From the NCBI GenBank assembly GCA_009914755.4, contig CP086569.2:8096001-8160000 (forward strand): 64,000 nt of DNA. The letters run 5' to 3'. The notes under the pieces are model-generated. The model searched no databases. It saw nothing but the letters and a program-made list of their open reading frames with translations, and was not told the origin of the DNA. Below are positions 15,978 to 28,400 of the stretch, one piece after another; the first letter of the stretch is position 1, and each line of letters opens with the position of its first letter. Origin of the DNA: the human T2T-CHM13v2.0 reference genome, Homo sapiens. A program made the translations under genes and the position numbers.

Positions 15978-16840
15978 TCAGTCCTGTCCTGGACTCTTTT
16001 TGGTTGGTAAGCTATTGATTATGGCCAAAATTTCAGATCCTGTTATTGGTCTATTCAGAGATTCAATTTCTTCCTGGTTTAGTCTTGGGAGGGTGTATGT
16101 GTCGAGAAATTTATCTATTTCTTCTAGATTTTCTAGTTTATTTACGTAGAGGTGTTTGTAGTATTCTCTGGTGGTAGCTTGTATTTCTGTGGGATCGGTG
16201 GTGATATCCCCTTTATTATTTTTTATTGCGTCTATTTGATTCTTCTCTCTTTTTTTCTTTATTAGTCTTGCTAGCGGTCTATCAATTTTGTTGATCCTTT
16301 CAAAAAACCAGCTCCTGGTTTCATTAATTTTTTGAAGGGTTTTTAGTGTCTCTGTTTCCTTCAGTTATGCTCTGATTTTAGTTATTTCTTGCCTTCTGCT
16401 AGATTTTGAATGTGTTTGCTCTTGCTTCTCTAGTTCTTTTAATTGTGATGTTAGGATGTCAATTTTGGATCTTTCCTGCTTTCTCTTGTGGGCATTTAGT
16501 GCTATAAATTTCTCTCTACATACTGGTTTGAATGTGTCCCAGAGATTCTTGTATGTTGTGTCTTTGTTCTCGTTGGTTTCAAAGAACATCTTTATTTCTG
16601 CCTTCATTTCATTATTTACCCAGTAGTAATTCAGGAGCAGGTTGTTCAGTTTCCATGTAGTTTGGCGGTTTTGAGTGAGTTTCTTAATCCTGATTTCCAG
16701 TTTGATTGCACTGTGGTCTGAGAGATAGTTTGTTGTAATTTCTGATCTTTTACATTTGCTGAGGAGAGCTTCACTTCCAACTATGTGGTCAATTTTGGAA
16801 TAGGTGTGGTGTGGTGTTGAAAAGAATGTATCTGTCTAAT

Positions 16841-16930
16841 GTTGACAGTGGGATGATGACAGTGGGGTGTTGACAGTGGGGTGTTCACAGTGAGGTGTTA
16901 AACAGAGGGGTGTTGACAGTGGGGTGTTAA
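16841..16930. repeat. Minisatellite inside the L1 ORF2 endonuclease region (about 13-bp unit (a)cagtggggtgttg, about 7 copies)
   Basis: gttgacagtgggatgatgacagtggggtgttgacagtggggtgttcacagtgaggtgttaaacagaggggtgttgacagtggggtgttaaag. The canonical L1, as I remember it, has a single gttgacagtggggtgttaaag here. A neighbouring ~100 bp of L1 sequence appears deleted. Confidence 0.6.
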
Positions 16931-17693
16931 AGTCTCCCATTATTATTGTGTGGGAGTCTAAGTCTGTTTGTAGATCACTCAGGACTTGCTTTGTGAATCT
17001 GGGTGCTCCTGTATTGGGTGCATATATATTTAGGATAGTTAGCTCTTCTTGTTGAATTGATGACTTTACCATTATGTAATGGCCTTCTTTGTCTCTTTTT
17101 ATCTTTGTTGGTTTAAAGTCTGTTTTATCAGAGACTAGGATTGCAACCCCTGCCCTTTTTTGTTTCCATTTGCTGGTAGATCTTCCTCCATCCTTTTATT
17201 TTGAGCCTGTGTGTCTCTGCATGTGAGATGGGTTTCCTGAATACAGCACACTGATGGGTCTTGACTCTGTGTCCAATTTGCCTGTCTGTGTCATTTAATT
17301 GGAGCATTTAGTCCTTTTACATTTAAAGTTAGTATTGTTATGTGTGAATTGATCCTGTCGTTGTGATGTTAGCTGGTTATTTTGTTCGTTAGTTGATGCA
17401 GTTTCTTCCCAGACTTGATGTCGTTACAATTTGGCATGATTTTGCAGTGGTTGGTACTGGTTGTTCCTTTCCATGTTTAGTGCTTCCTTCAGGAGCTCTT
17501 TTAGGGGAGGCCTGGTGGTGACAAAATCTCTCAGCATTTGCTTGTCTGTAAAGTATTTTATTTCTCCTTCACTTATGAAGCTTAGTTTGGCTGGATATGA
17601 AATTCTGGGTTGAAAATTCTTTTCTTTAAAAATGTTGAATATTGGTCCCCACTCTCTTCTGCCTTGTAGAGTTTCTGCTGAGAAATCCACTGT

Positions 17694-17830
17694 TTTTACT
17701 ATACTGCATAGGTCATACAGAAAAAGAAAATTATAGCATATAGCTGCACCCAGCTCCCTAATGATATGACTCTTCTGCCTATGCCAGAGCCACAGAAGGT
17801 ATTTTGACACATCCATTGTTTAGATGAATG
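17694..17830. repeat. 137-bp satellite-derived spacer between the two L1 pieces of the composite insertion
   Basis: tactgcataggtcatacagaaaaagaaaattatagcatatagctgcacccagctccctaatgatatgactcttctgcctatgccagagccacagaaggtattttgacacatccattgtttag is nearly identical to 22195-22320, a different position in the HOR. Confidence 0.7.
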
Positions 17831-17873
17831 TATAACTAGAATAACCAATGCAGAGACCTCCTTAAAGGAGCTG

Positions 17874-18502
17874 GTGAAGCTGAAAGCCAAGGCTCGAGAA
17901 CTGCGTGAAGAATGCAGAAGCCTCAGGAGCCGATGCAATCAACTGGAAGAAAGAATGTCAATGATGGAAGATGAAACGAATGAAATGAAGCAGGAAGGGA
18001 AGTTTAGAGAAAAAAGAATAAAAAGAAAGGAGCAAAACCTCCAAGAAATATGGGACTATGTGAAAAGACCAACTCTACGTCTGATTGGTGTACCTGAAAG
18101 TGACGGGGAGAATGGAACCAAGTTGGAAAACACTCTGCAGGATATTATCCAGGAGAACTTCCCCAACCTAGAAAGGCAGGCCAACATTCAAATTCAGGAA
18201 ATACAGAGAACACCACAAAGATACTCCTCCAGAAGAGCAACTCCAAGACACATAATTGTCAGATTCACCAAAGTTGAAATGAAGGAAAAAATGTTAAGGG
18301 CAGCCAGAGAGAAAGGTCGGGTTACCCACAAAGGGAAGCCCATCAGACTAACAGCGGATCTCTCAGCAGAAACTCTACAAGCCAGAAGAGAGTGGGGGCC
18401 AATATTTAACATTCTTAAAGAAATGAATTTTCAACCCAGAATTTCAGATCCAGCCAAACTAAGCTTCATAGGTGAAGGAGAAATAAAATACTTTACAGAC
18501 AC
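17874..18502 (+). pseudogene. LINE-1 ORF1p fragment (coiled-coil end, RRM and most of the CTD; covers roughly aa 94-312 of the 338-aa human L1 ORF1p as I remember it), inverted relative to the rest of the insertion
   Basis: ORF track 17874..18533 translates to MKLKAKARELREECRSLRSRC...KGKPIRLTADLSAETLQARREWGPIFNILKEMNFQPRISDPAKLSFIGEGEIKYFTD, a close match to human L1 ORF1p. The last 10 codons read into satellite. About 44 codons (SAETLQ...KYFTD) are also present in the minus-strand piece at 17424-17693, so this stretch is duplicated. Confidence 0.85.
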
Positions 18503-21500
18503 GCTTAAATTCTTTACCATGGGTGCGTTGTGAGGCATCGCTGGGTTAGAGTGATAAAAAGATGACTCTTGCTTGGACCCCAGCACCATGGGATATTACC
18601 ACATATCTCTGGGCCTATCAGGTAGGTGATGTGTCTCTCCTCCCAATGTCATATCCACAGGGGACACTGTGACATATTGCTGGATATAGCATCTAGATAA
18701 TGTGAATCTCCTCTGCTGCCTGGATCCTGCCCACTGAACAATTTGTGACTACCAATGAGTATAAAACCTAGGTGATGTGACTCTAACTTTGTTCTGTACT
18801 CTGTCATGAGAGGGAATTATAACATATTGCTGAGCATGGCACCTAGGGGTGTGACTATCCACTATTTTTTCAACGATGTATACAGTGGGCATGATGACAT
18901 ATTATTGGAGATTGTACCCAGGTGATATGAGCCTTCTGACTGGGTTCTGCCTACAGAGGAGATTATAATGTATGCCTGGCTAAGGACCCAGATGATGTGA
19001 CTCTTCTGTCTGGTCTCTGCCCAAAGGTAAAATTGGACTTATTTGTGAAATCAGTTCATATGCACAACAATAACTTTCATAGATTGTCCAAGCCAGGGGG
19101 GATATTTTGAGTCTCATTGCTAGTCTTATGGCCATGGGTAAAGTCCTAGACTCCCACCTATGAGAATTCACAGAAAAGTGTGCTACTCAGGTATATCACA
19201 TAAAGCATGAGTGGTACAAAGAGTTTCCTGACAGGCACCAACAAACATGTGCTACTTTGAATCTTGGATGCATACCCAGCTGACACAATTTTCATTCTCA
19301 TACATAAGCTGAGCCTACAAATGAGGTACTAAGTCTCACACACATCAGCAGTCAAATCTTAAAATTGTAATTCTTATACATGAATCTGATCCACAGGTGG
19401 TTTGGTGACATTTGAACCTCGATTCAGCAAACCCGTGGTGCTTCGACTCTATTAATGGAGCACAATCTTCAAGTGGGATTGGGGCTGTTATGCATGCATC
19501 TTGCCCATTGTTGAGATTGTGACTGCTGTACTTTGATCCAACTCATAGGAGATGTTGACTCTCACACCCTAAGCCAGTACTTGTGTGTGACTGTGAAATG
19601 TATTTCTGAACATTTTTGAGTGTGTGATTAAAAAGTATAACTTTGACCAGCATCTGAATGTTTTGACTCTCCTTTCTAGGCCCAGAGCACAGTTCAAGCT
19701 GTGACATATGTGCGCCAATCACCTATGCAATATATAGCACCTTCTTTGGCAATAGGACAAAGGGCAATTTACATATCCCTGAAAGCAGCACCCAGCTGAT
19801 GTAAAATCTTGGCCTGAACCCTGCCTACAGACAGCATTGTGGCTTTTATCAAGGTCCATCATATAAGTGATGTGACTTCCTTCTACTGCCTTGGCCTTGA
19901 ACTTCTGGTGCATTGTTACACATAACTGGGTACTGCACCCATGTGATGTGACCCTTCGTTTGGTGGGGGGAGGTTGTACTAATACAAAAACTATGTAACA
20001 TATCATGTGGCTCAGCACCTAGGTGATGTTTCTTCTCTCTTGACTGAGCGCTGACCACCAGAGAGATGGTGACATATAGGTGAAACTAGCACAAGGTAAT
20101 TTCACTCTCCTGCCTTGGTCCTAAATATAGGGGCCATTGTGACATATACCCAGGCCAATTGCCCGGGTGAGGTTTGTGTCCTCTCCAGCTTAAGCCCTGC
20201 CCACAAGAGGGGTTTAGATATATGATTGAAACTAGCATCCTGATGATGGGACTCTTCTTCTAGAGGTCTGTCCACAACAAGGATTGTGACATTCAACTAG
20301 GCCAGCATCCACTCAGGTGATAAAAATTTCCTTTTTTCTCCATGTTCACAGGTTATATTGTGCCATATATGTGAGACCAGATCAAAGGCCTGATAATGAC
20401 CCTTGTACCTGAAGCCAGGATGTGCAGAATGGTGACTCTCATCCCTGAAACTTTTTATAGGTGTTATTGTGACATTTTTGTTTGCCAATCTCCTGAATGA
20501 TTTAATAATCCGACTTAGTTATAGCTGAGTTGACATTTTGACTTATGTCTGGGCAAAACCTTGATGATTTGACTCTTGTGTCTAAACTGTGTCTTCAAAA
20601 GGGATCATAACATATTGCTGGATTCATCTTCTAGGTTCTGTGTCTCTCCTCTCCTGCATGAACCTGATTCCAGTGCAGACTGTAGCATTTTTATGCACTG
20701 AATTCAAATGACACAATTCTATTGCCTGGGCCCTTTTCAACAGGAGTCATTGTGACATATCTCTGGGGCCATGGTTTAGGTAATATGACTCCACTCTCCT
20801 TCCTGGACATTCTCCACAAGGGGCATTATGCCATGGAGCTTTGCCTAGCATGCAAAGTTTGTGAATTTTCTGTTAGAGTCTTGCTTTCAAAGAGTATATT
20901 GGAATAATTCTGGATGAAAATTTAGGTGACGTGATTGTCCTGTCTGTTTAGTAAGCACAGAGGAAATGGTGACATTTACCAAGGCACAGCTAACAGCCAT
21001 GATCATGAGTCTAATATGGAGACCCAGCCAATAAGATAAAGTTGACTTTTGTCACAAGATTTTGGGACATGAGTGATGTCAATGATCTTCTTTTGGTAAA
21101 AAGCCACAAAAAATTATAACTAACACATGTATTTTGTAACACCCTTGGATACAGAGTGTCATAATGCCTAGCACACAGAGAAAATTATGAGTCTCATATG
21201 CAAACTAAATAACAGCAAGGACTTTCAACATCAAAGAGGAATGAAAGCAACTGTCCTACATAAAAAGAGGACATGTGTGGTATTGTAAATCTAATCCTTA
21301 GAATTTAATTCCATTGTGAATATGATATAAATCTTTCCCAAACACCTGTGTGATTTCACTCTTCAGATTGTTTTCAGCCTATTTATGGAATTTTGATATC
21401 TATCTGGGCCCATTTTGAAGTGATGTGACTCCTCTGCCTGGGCTCTGCTCTCAATAAGAATTATGACATCACTGGATCTAGCACCCAGGTGATGTTACAT

Positions 21501-24500
21501 TCTTGCCTCCCACAGACATCATTGTGATGTATCACTGTATCCATCACTTAGAAGAGGACGCCAGGGCCATGCCCAAAAGAGGGCATTTTGACCTATCAGA
21601 AGTCTATCATGTAGGTGATATGGCTCTTCTTGGGTCCTGCCCACTTGAATAATGATACATTGCCAGGCCGGGCACAAAGGTAACTGTACTCTTTTGCCAG
21701 GGCTATGCTTTAAAGAAGTTTTTGTGACATATCTCTGAGCCTATCACCTAGGTGATGTTACTCCCTGCTTGGCCCTGTCCAATGTAGCTCTGTGATATAA
21801 GGGTGGAACCTGCACCTAGGTGATGTAAGTATTTTGCCTGGGTCCTATTCTAAGAAGGACTTGTTTTCATCTCAGGACCCAGGACCAGTTGACATGGCTC
21901 TTGAGTCTGGTTTCCACCCACATATTAATTTGTGATATATACCAAAAGAAACACCTGTGTAATATGACTTCCTTTTTCTGCCTGAACCTTGGCTACTGGT
22001 GACATTGGGCCATATCTCTGAGCCCAGGACCTAATTGATGTGAGTCTCTACTTCTCTCTGGGCCTTTACAGTAGGAGGATTGTGACATATTGATGAGTAA
22101 AGTACTTAGGTAATGTGACGCTCATCTTGTTGCTGAATAATGCCCATGAAATGGACTTTTGTTATATTTCAGGGCCCAGCACCACATGTTGTTACTACAC
22201 CGCATAGATCATACATAAAGAGAAAATTATAGCATATAGCTGCACCCAGCTCCCTAATGATGTGACTCTTCTGCCTATGCCAGAGCCACAGAAGGAATTT
22301 TGACGTATCCATTGTTTATTCTGCAGGTTCTTTTGGCTCTCATCACTTTACTGGGTTTCTTCCATGTGTGGATGTATCGCTTTGCTTTCTCCTGCCGTCT
22401 GTTAATGTAACCCTATTTCCTAGGTCCTGCCTAAATAGAGCACTATGGCATATTGCTTGGCACAGCACCTAAGTGATGTTAATCTTCAGCCTAGTTTTTT
22501 GCCCACAAATGGGATTATGACATATACCTGTCTTCAGTTCAAAGACATGTTGATCAAGCCTATATTTGGATTCAGCCAATAGGAGATATGTTGCCTCTCA
22601 CCACTAGGTTGTTGTCAATAGGCAAGGTCCTCCATTGTATATTTGTACAAATCTCACAGAAGCTTACAACATTAACTCATATCATAAAAACTTCTTGTGT
22701 GGTACAGAAAGGTTCATAGTGGGGTCTGAAAAAGTTAAAATTGTGACTTTCATCTAGATACTCAGTTGAAAGTAAGAGTTGTTACCATCCTACATTTACA
22801 AAACATTGCTGAGGTCCTGAGTCTAAAAAGTCAATACAGAACTAAGTTGGCATTGTGACTTTCCTAAACGAATCTGGTCACGGGCAGAATGGTGAGTAAT
22901 TTCTGGACCCAGCTCACAGACATAATAGTGGTCTCATCCCTGAAACCAGCATATAGGAGAGATGTTGACTGTCATACCTGAGTTTAGGGCAATATGTAAG
23001 GTCCTGAGTCCCTACAAGCATGTAGGCCTCAGAGAGTTTTGCAACTCTGATGTATGTTGTATAAACATCTCAGGTGTTGTAAAGAGTGCCAGGCAACAAA
23101 CAGCATACACGTGAGATTGTGACTATCATACACAACTCTATAACAGTTAATGGTGTCACCCTTAATAATGAGGTGATTGTGTTACCTCCCTTGGCAAAGT
23201 AAACCAATGTTGACTTTTTGGTTAAAATTCGTTTCCGTAAGGGCTTTGCTAAATATCACTGGTCAGAATATTGATACAGTTACTCTTCTGTCTGAGTCCT
23301 GCAAACAGAGAATATTCTCATTTATCTCCAGGCCTATTGGCTAGGTGATTTATCTCTCCAGCCAGTGCCCTGCCCAAACAGGACACTGTGACATATTGAT
23401 AGATACAACATCTAGGTAATGTGAATTATCACTCCTGCCTGGATCCTGCCCACTGAAAAAATTTTGATATACCACTGAGTGCAAAACCTAAGTGACATGA
23501 CTCTTTTTTGTTTTCCTGGACCCTGCAAAGTGAGGTAATTATTATACTTTACTGATCCCAGCCCCCAATGGTGTGACTTCCTTTTTTTTTTCTTCTTTAA
23601 ACCTCTCTTCATTGGGCATGGTGACATATCACTTGAGGCAGTACCCAGATAGTGTGACTCTTCTGCCTGTTTTCTGCCCACTTCTTAGATTGGGATGCAT
23701 AATGAAGGAAGCAGCTGGGTGATATGACTCTCCTTTTCTTTCTGGGCCCTGACTACTGGGGACAGTGGGATATATCTCTGAGGCCATGATCTCAGTGAAT
23801 TGACTCTCTTCTTCTACCTGGTCTTTACAATGGGGGAGATGGTGATATATTGCTGAGCCCAGGACTCAGGTTATTTCACTCTCATTTTTCTCTTGAACCA
23901 TGGCCATAAACAGATATTTTGACATATTGCAGAGTCCAACACCTAGATAATGTTACTCTTTTACCTGGGTCATCTATATACAGAATATTATGGCATAATG
24001 CTTGGCCCAGAACCCTGATGATGTGACTTTCATGAGGATGCCAGAACACCAGAAGGTATTTTGACATACTCTGGGCCCACTATGTAGGTGTTTTGACTCT
24101 CACTTTTTGGCTTTTTATTCTTCCACATGTGGGATTGTGCTGTATTGCTGAGTTCAGCACCCAATAAATATGACTCTAATTCCTACACCCTGCCTAGAGA
24201 GGGTATTGTGACATGTTGCTTGTCACAGCACCTAAGTGATATTACCCTGTGGCATAGATTTTTTTGCCCACAAATGGGACTATGATATACACTTTACTTC
24301 AGTTTACAGGCATGATTGACAAACTTATATTTGAATTTAGCCAATAGGAGATATTTTGCCTTTCATCGCTAGGCCTAGGGAAATAGGTAAGGTCCTGGGT
24401 TGCATATTTATACCAAGCTCAAAGACCTTTACAACATTCACTCATAATGTATCATCTCCTTCAGTTATACAGAGAGTTTCATGACAGAGTCCACCAAAAG

Positions 24501-25350
24501 TTCAGACTTGGACTCTCAATTACACACCCAGGTGAAAGCAGATGTTGTCACCACCCTATATGTCCAAAGCCCACTGTTAGGGTCCTGAGTCTAACAAGTG
24601 AATGCAGTACAACATTGGAGCTGTTACTTTTATATGTGGATCTGACCACAAGTGAGAGGGTGAGTCATTAATGGATCCAGCTCACAAACATAAAAATGGG
24701 TCTCATTCCTGACCCCAGCTTACAGAAGAAATGTTGACTATTACACCTTGTTTTAGGGAAATATATACGTAAGATTGTGAATCTATAGGAACATGTAAGT
24801 CTCACAGTGGTTTGCAACTCTCATGCATGCTGTATAAAGCCTTCAAATGTAGGTAAAGTGTTATACAATGGTCCAGGAAACACAGGAGACTGTGAATCTC
24901 ATACACACCCAGATCACAGTTAGTAGGGTTACTCTCAAAGACAAGGAGATTTGGTATCTTACTAGGCCTAGTATCCAGGTGTTGAGACATTTTGGATTAA
25001 ATTTCTTTTCACGGGTGCATTGCTCCATATTGCTGGGTTAGAATCATAAAAATGTGACTCTTCTGCCTGGACCTGGCAACAGGGGCTATTATCACATATC
25101 TCTTGGCCTATAAGCTAGGTGATTTGTCTCTTCTCCTTGTGTCATGCCCCCAGCAGGCATTGTGAAATATTGTTTGGCATAACATTTAGGTAATATATCT
25201 CTCCTCTCCTGCCACATCCTGCTCACCAAAGAAATTGTGACATACCGCTGACTTCAAAACCTAAATAATGTAACTCTCCTTCATATTCTAGACTCTGCTC
25301 AGAGAGGTGGTGATTACATATTGCAGAGCCCAGCACCTAGGTTAAGTGAC

Positions 25351-25502
25351 CTTCTTCTTCTTCTTTCTTCTTCTTCTTCTTCTTCTTCTTCTTCTTCTTC
25401 TTCTTCTTCTTCTTCTTCTTCTTCTTCTTCTTCTTCTTCTTCTTCTTCTTCTCCTCCTCCTTCTCCTTCTTCTTCTCCTTCTCCTTCTCCTTCTCCTTCT
25501 CC

Positions 25503-25534
<32 letters not shown>

Positions 25535-25600
25535 CTTCTTCTTCTTCTTCTTCTTCTTCTTCTTCTTCTTCTTCTTCTCCTCCTTCTTCTTTATTCTTCT
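25351..25600 (-). repeat. (GAA)n on the minus strand, read as (CTT)n on +; about 250 bp with an interior (GGAGAA)n-like segment; expanded from the adjacent Alu poly-A tail
   Basis: Uninterrupted cttcttctt... from 25351, a ctcctccttctccttct...ctccttctcct segment at about 25450-25505, then (ctt)n again to about 25600. Directly abuts the tail of the minus-strand Alu. The ORFs at 25314..25673, 25321..25704 and 25346..25654 are its poly-E, poly-S and poly-L translations. Confidence 0.9.
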
Positions 25601-25897
25601 GTCTTTGTTTTTGTTTTGAGACAGAGTCTTGCACTGTTGCTCGGGCTGGAGTGAAGAGATACAATGACAGCATACTTCAACCTCCGCCTTTAGGGGTCAT
25701 GTGATTCTCATTTATCAGGTTCCTGAGTAGTTGGCATTACAGGCACTTGCCACCAGGCCTGGCTAATTTTCTTTTTTAGTAAAGACTGTGTTTTACTATA
25801 TTGGCCAGGCTGGTCTCAAACTCTTGACTTCATGATCTGCCTGCCTTTGCTTCCCAAAATGATGCAATTACAGGTGAGAGCCACAGCACCCAGTGGA
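25601..25897 (-). mobile_element. Alu (older, diverged S/J-like) whose A-tail has expanded into the (GAA)n tract
   Basis: ttttgagacagagtcttgcactgttgctcgggctggagtgaagag ... ggtgagagccacagcacccagtg is the reverse complement of an Alu. It is inserted inside a satellite monomer: gttaagtgac | insert | gactctcctc. Confidence 0.85.
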
Positions 25898-26099
25898 CTC
25901 TCCTCTCTTTCTTCTACCCTATCTATAGTGGGCTTGGTGACTTAACTATTTGAGGCTTTATCTATGTGATGTGACTCTTCTGACTAGGCTCAGACTACAA
26001 ATGAGATTATACTGTATCATTGGATTAGCACCAAGGTGATGAGCCTCTCCTGCCTTGTCTCTGCTCACAGCAGAAATTGTGACATATACCAGGGTTAAG

Positions 26100-26700
26100 T
26101 AAACATGTGCAATAAAAGTCTTATTACTGGACCTAGTCAGTAGAGATATTTTGACTTTCATAACCAGTCTCACAGCCATGGGTAAAGTCCTGGGTTATTC
26201 ACAATTATAAATTTTTAGAAAAATTATAACTCTAAAGTATATCATATAAATCTCAATGGTAGAAAGAGTTTCATAACACAATCCATCAACGACATGAGAA
26301 TGTGACCCTTGTATGCCCACTTAGCTGATATGATTGTCATCACACATGAAGAGAGTTAAACATGAGGTACTAAATCTCACACATAAAAAGCAGTCAAAGT
26401 TTGAAATAATTACTTTCATACATGGCTTTGATTCACAAGTGATTTGGTAACATTTGAACCATGATTCATCACACTTCTGGGGCTGTGACTCCTTTCCTGA
26501 AAACAATCTTAAAGTGAAATCGGGGCTCTTATACATGGATCTTGTCCATTGTTGAGGATGGGACTCCTCTACTTTGACCCAACTTATAGAAAGGGTTGAC
26601 TCACATACACGAATCCAACAATTGTGTGGGATGTGAAACTTATTTCCGAGAGTGTAATTTCCCAGCACAGGAATAATTGGACTCATTTTCTAGGCCCAGA
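26100..26700 (-). repeat. HOR block B (representative copy)
   Basis: gccatgggtaaagtcctgg ... cagtcaaagtttgaaat ... attgttgag ... recurs at 19040-19700, 29830-30110 (partial), 51150-51770 and 57560-58200. It is the reverse complement of 2700-3290. Confidence 0.55.
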
Positions 26701-27984
26701 CCACAGATAAAATTGTGCCCTATGTGGAACAAACACCTAAGCAATAGATAACACATTCCTCTTCTCTGCCTACAAAGGATACTTTATAAATTACTGGGAC
26801 CATCAACCAGGTGTTGTGAATTATCTGCCTGGAACCTGCCTACAAAGAAAAGTGTGTCTTATATCTAGGTTCATCACCTAAGTGATGTCATTCCCTTCTA
26901 CTGCCTTGGCCCTGAACTTACATGAATTGTGACACATAATTGGAAACTGCACCCAGGTGATGTTTTTGTTACTGCTTAAAGGAAGCTTGTAACATGTCAC
27001 TTGGCTCAGCATCTAGGTGATGTTTTCTTGCTTTTGCCTGGGTCCTGACCACAGAGATATTCTGAGATATTGCTTGAGCCAGCAGAAAGTTGAGTTCACT
27101 CTCCTGCCTTGGTACTGAACATTACAGACACTGTGAGTTGTATCTAGCTCAATTGCCTAGGTGAAGTAAGCCTTCTCTCTTGCTGAAGTCCCACACACAG
27201 AGGGGGTTTAGATATATCACTAAAACCGACATCCAGGTAATGTGACTCTTCTTCCAGGGTTTGGCCCACAAGGTGGTTTGTGACATCTCCTGGACCCATA
27301 CCCATGTAGGTTATGTGACTTTCTTACCCTCTTTCTGGCCACAGGTGATATTATGTCATATACCTGAGACCATAAGAAAAGTCTATTAACAACAAATATG
27401 CTAACATCCTGCACAAGTGCCGGGTGGTGACTCTTATTACTAAACCTTTCCATGAGTGTAATTGTGACATGTACCTTTGTCCATTTCCTGAGTGATTTAA
27501 TAATTCTGCCTAGGTATAGCCCAAAAAAGAGATTTTGACAAATACCTGGGGCAAGCACCTGGGTGATTTGAGCTTGCTAACTTAACAGTGTCCTCATGAG
27601 GCTTGTAACATATTTCTGGAGTAATTTTCTAGGTTACATGACTCTCCACTCCTGCCTGGACTCTAATTCTTCTGGTAATTGAAGCATTTCTAAACGTGGC
27701 ATCCAAATGATATGACTCTCTTGCCTGTGCCCTGTTAACAGGAGGCATTGTTTCATGTTTTGGGACCCATCATTTAGGTAATATGACAGTCCTCTCCTGC
27801 CTGGACACTGCCAACAGGGACATTGTGCCACAGAGCTGGACCTAGTGTAGAGGTCAAGTGACATTTCTGACAGAACCTTGCCTACAAAAAGATTACGGGA
27901 AAATTTCTGGCCCAGCATTTAGGTGATGTGACAGTTCTGCCTGCTTCAAAACTGGAGAGGGAATTGTAACATATAACTAGGAAT

Positions 27985-28400
27985 GGCTCACAGGCATGAT
28001 AATAGCTCTCATATGTGGACTCAGCCAATAGAGGTTATTTTGATTCATAACTAGGTTTATGGACTTGCTTGATGTCCTAAATTACCTTCTTGTACAAAGG
28101 TTACAAAAGATTACAACACTCATACATATTATACAAAGTCTTTGAGTTATACAGACAGAGTAAAAGCAGAACTCAAGACACAGGTGAAATTGTGAGTCTT
28201 GTGTGCACACCCAGGTGACAGTATGAACTGTCATCATGTTACACAGATGAAGCCAAATATCAACCAGAAAACAAGACATGTGTGGTATTGTAAATCTCAT
28301 CTTTGGCATTTTCTGACAGTGTGATTGTGATATTAATTGCCAAGCACATGAGTAATTTGACTCTCCACACTTGTTCTAGCCATATATAAGATCATGATAT
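27985..28400 (-). repeat. HOR block C (representative copy)
   Basis: ...caagacatgtgtggtattgtaaatct... recurs at 11100-11330, 21150-21400, 31500-31800, 48420-48800, 53160-53440 and 59330-59460 (truncated). Its reverse complement matches 940-1345 and 7230-7560. The chance ORFs 28082..28309(-) and 1003..1206(+) translate to near-identical peptides, confirming the match. Confidence 0.55.

Noticed and set aside
17874-18533. The 219-codon ORF, the longest in the window, as a functional protein
   Set aside because: It is an internal fragment of L1 ORF1p. It lacks the N-terminal third, its first Met is an internal codon, and the last 10 codons read into satellite. It is part of the inverted 5' segment of an L1 insertion.
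25314-25704. Poly-Glu, poly-Ser and poly-Leu ORFs of 102-127 codons
   Set aside because: They are three reading frames of the (CTT)n/(GAA)n microsatellite and run into the adjacent Alu. This is repeat translation, not a gene.
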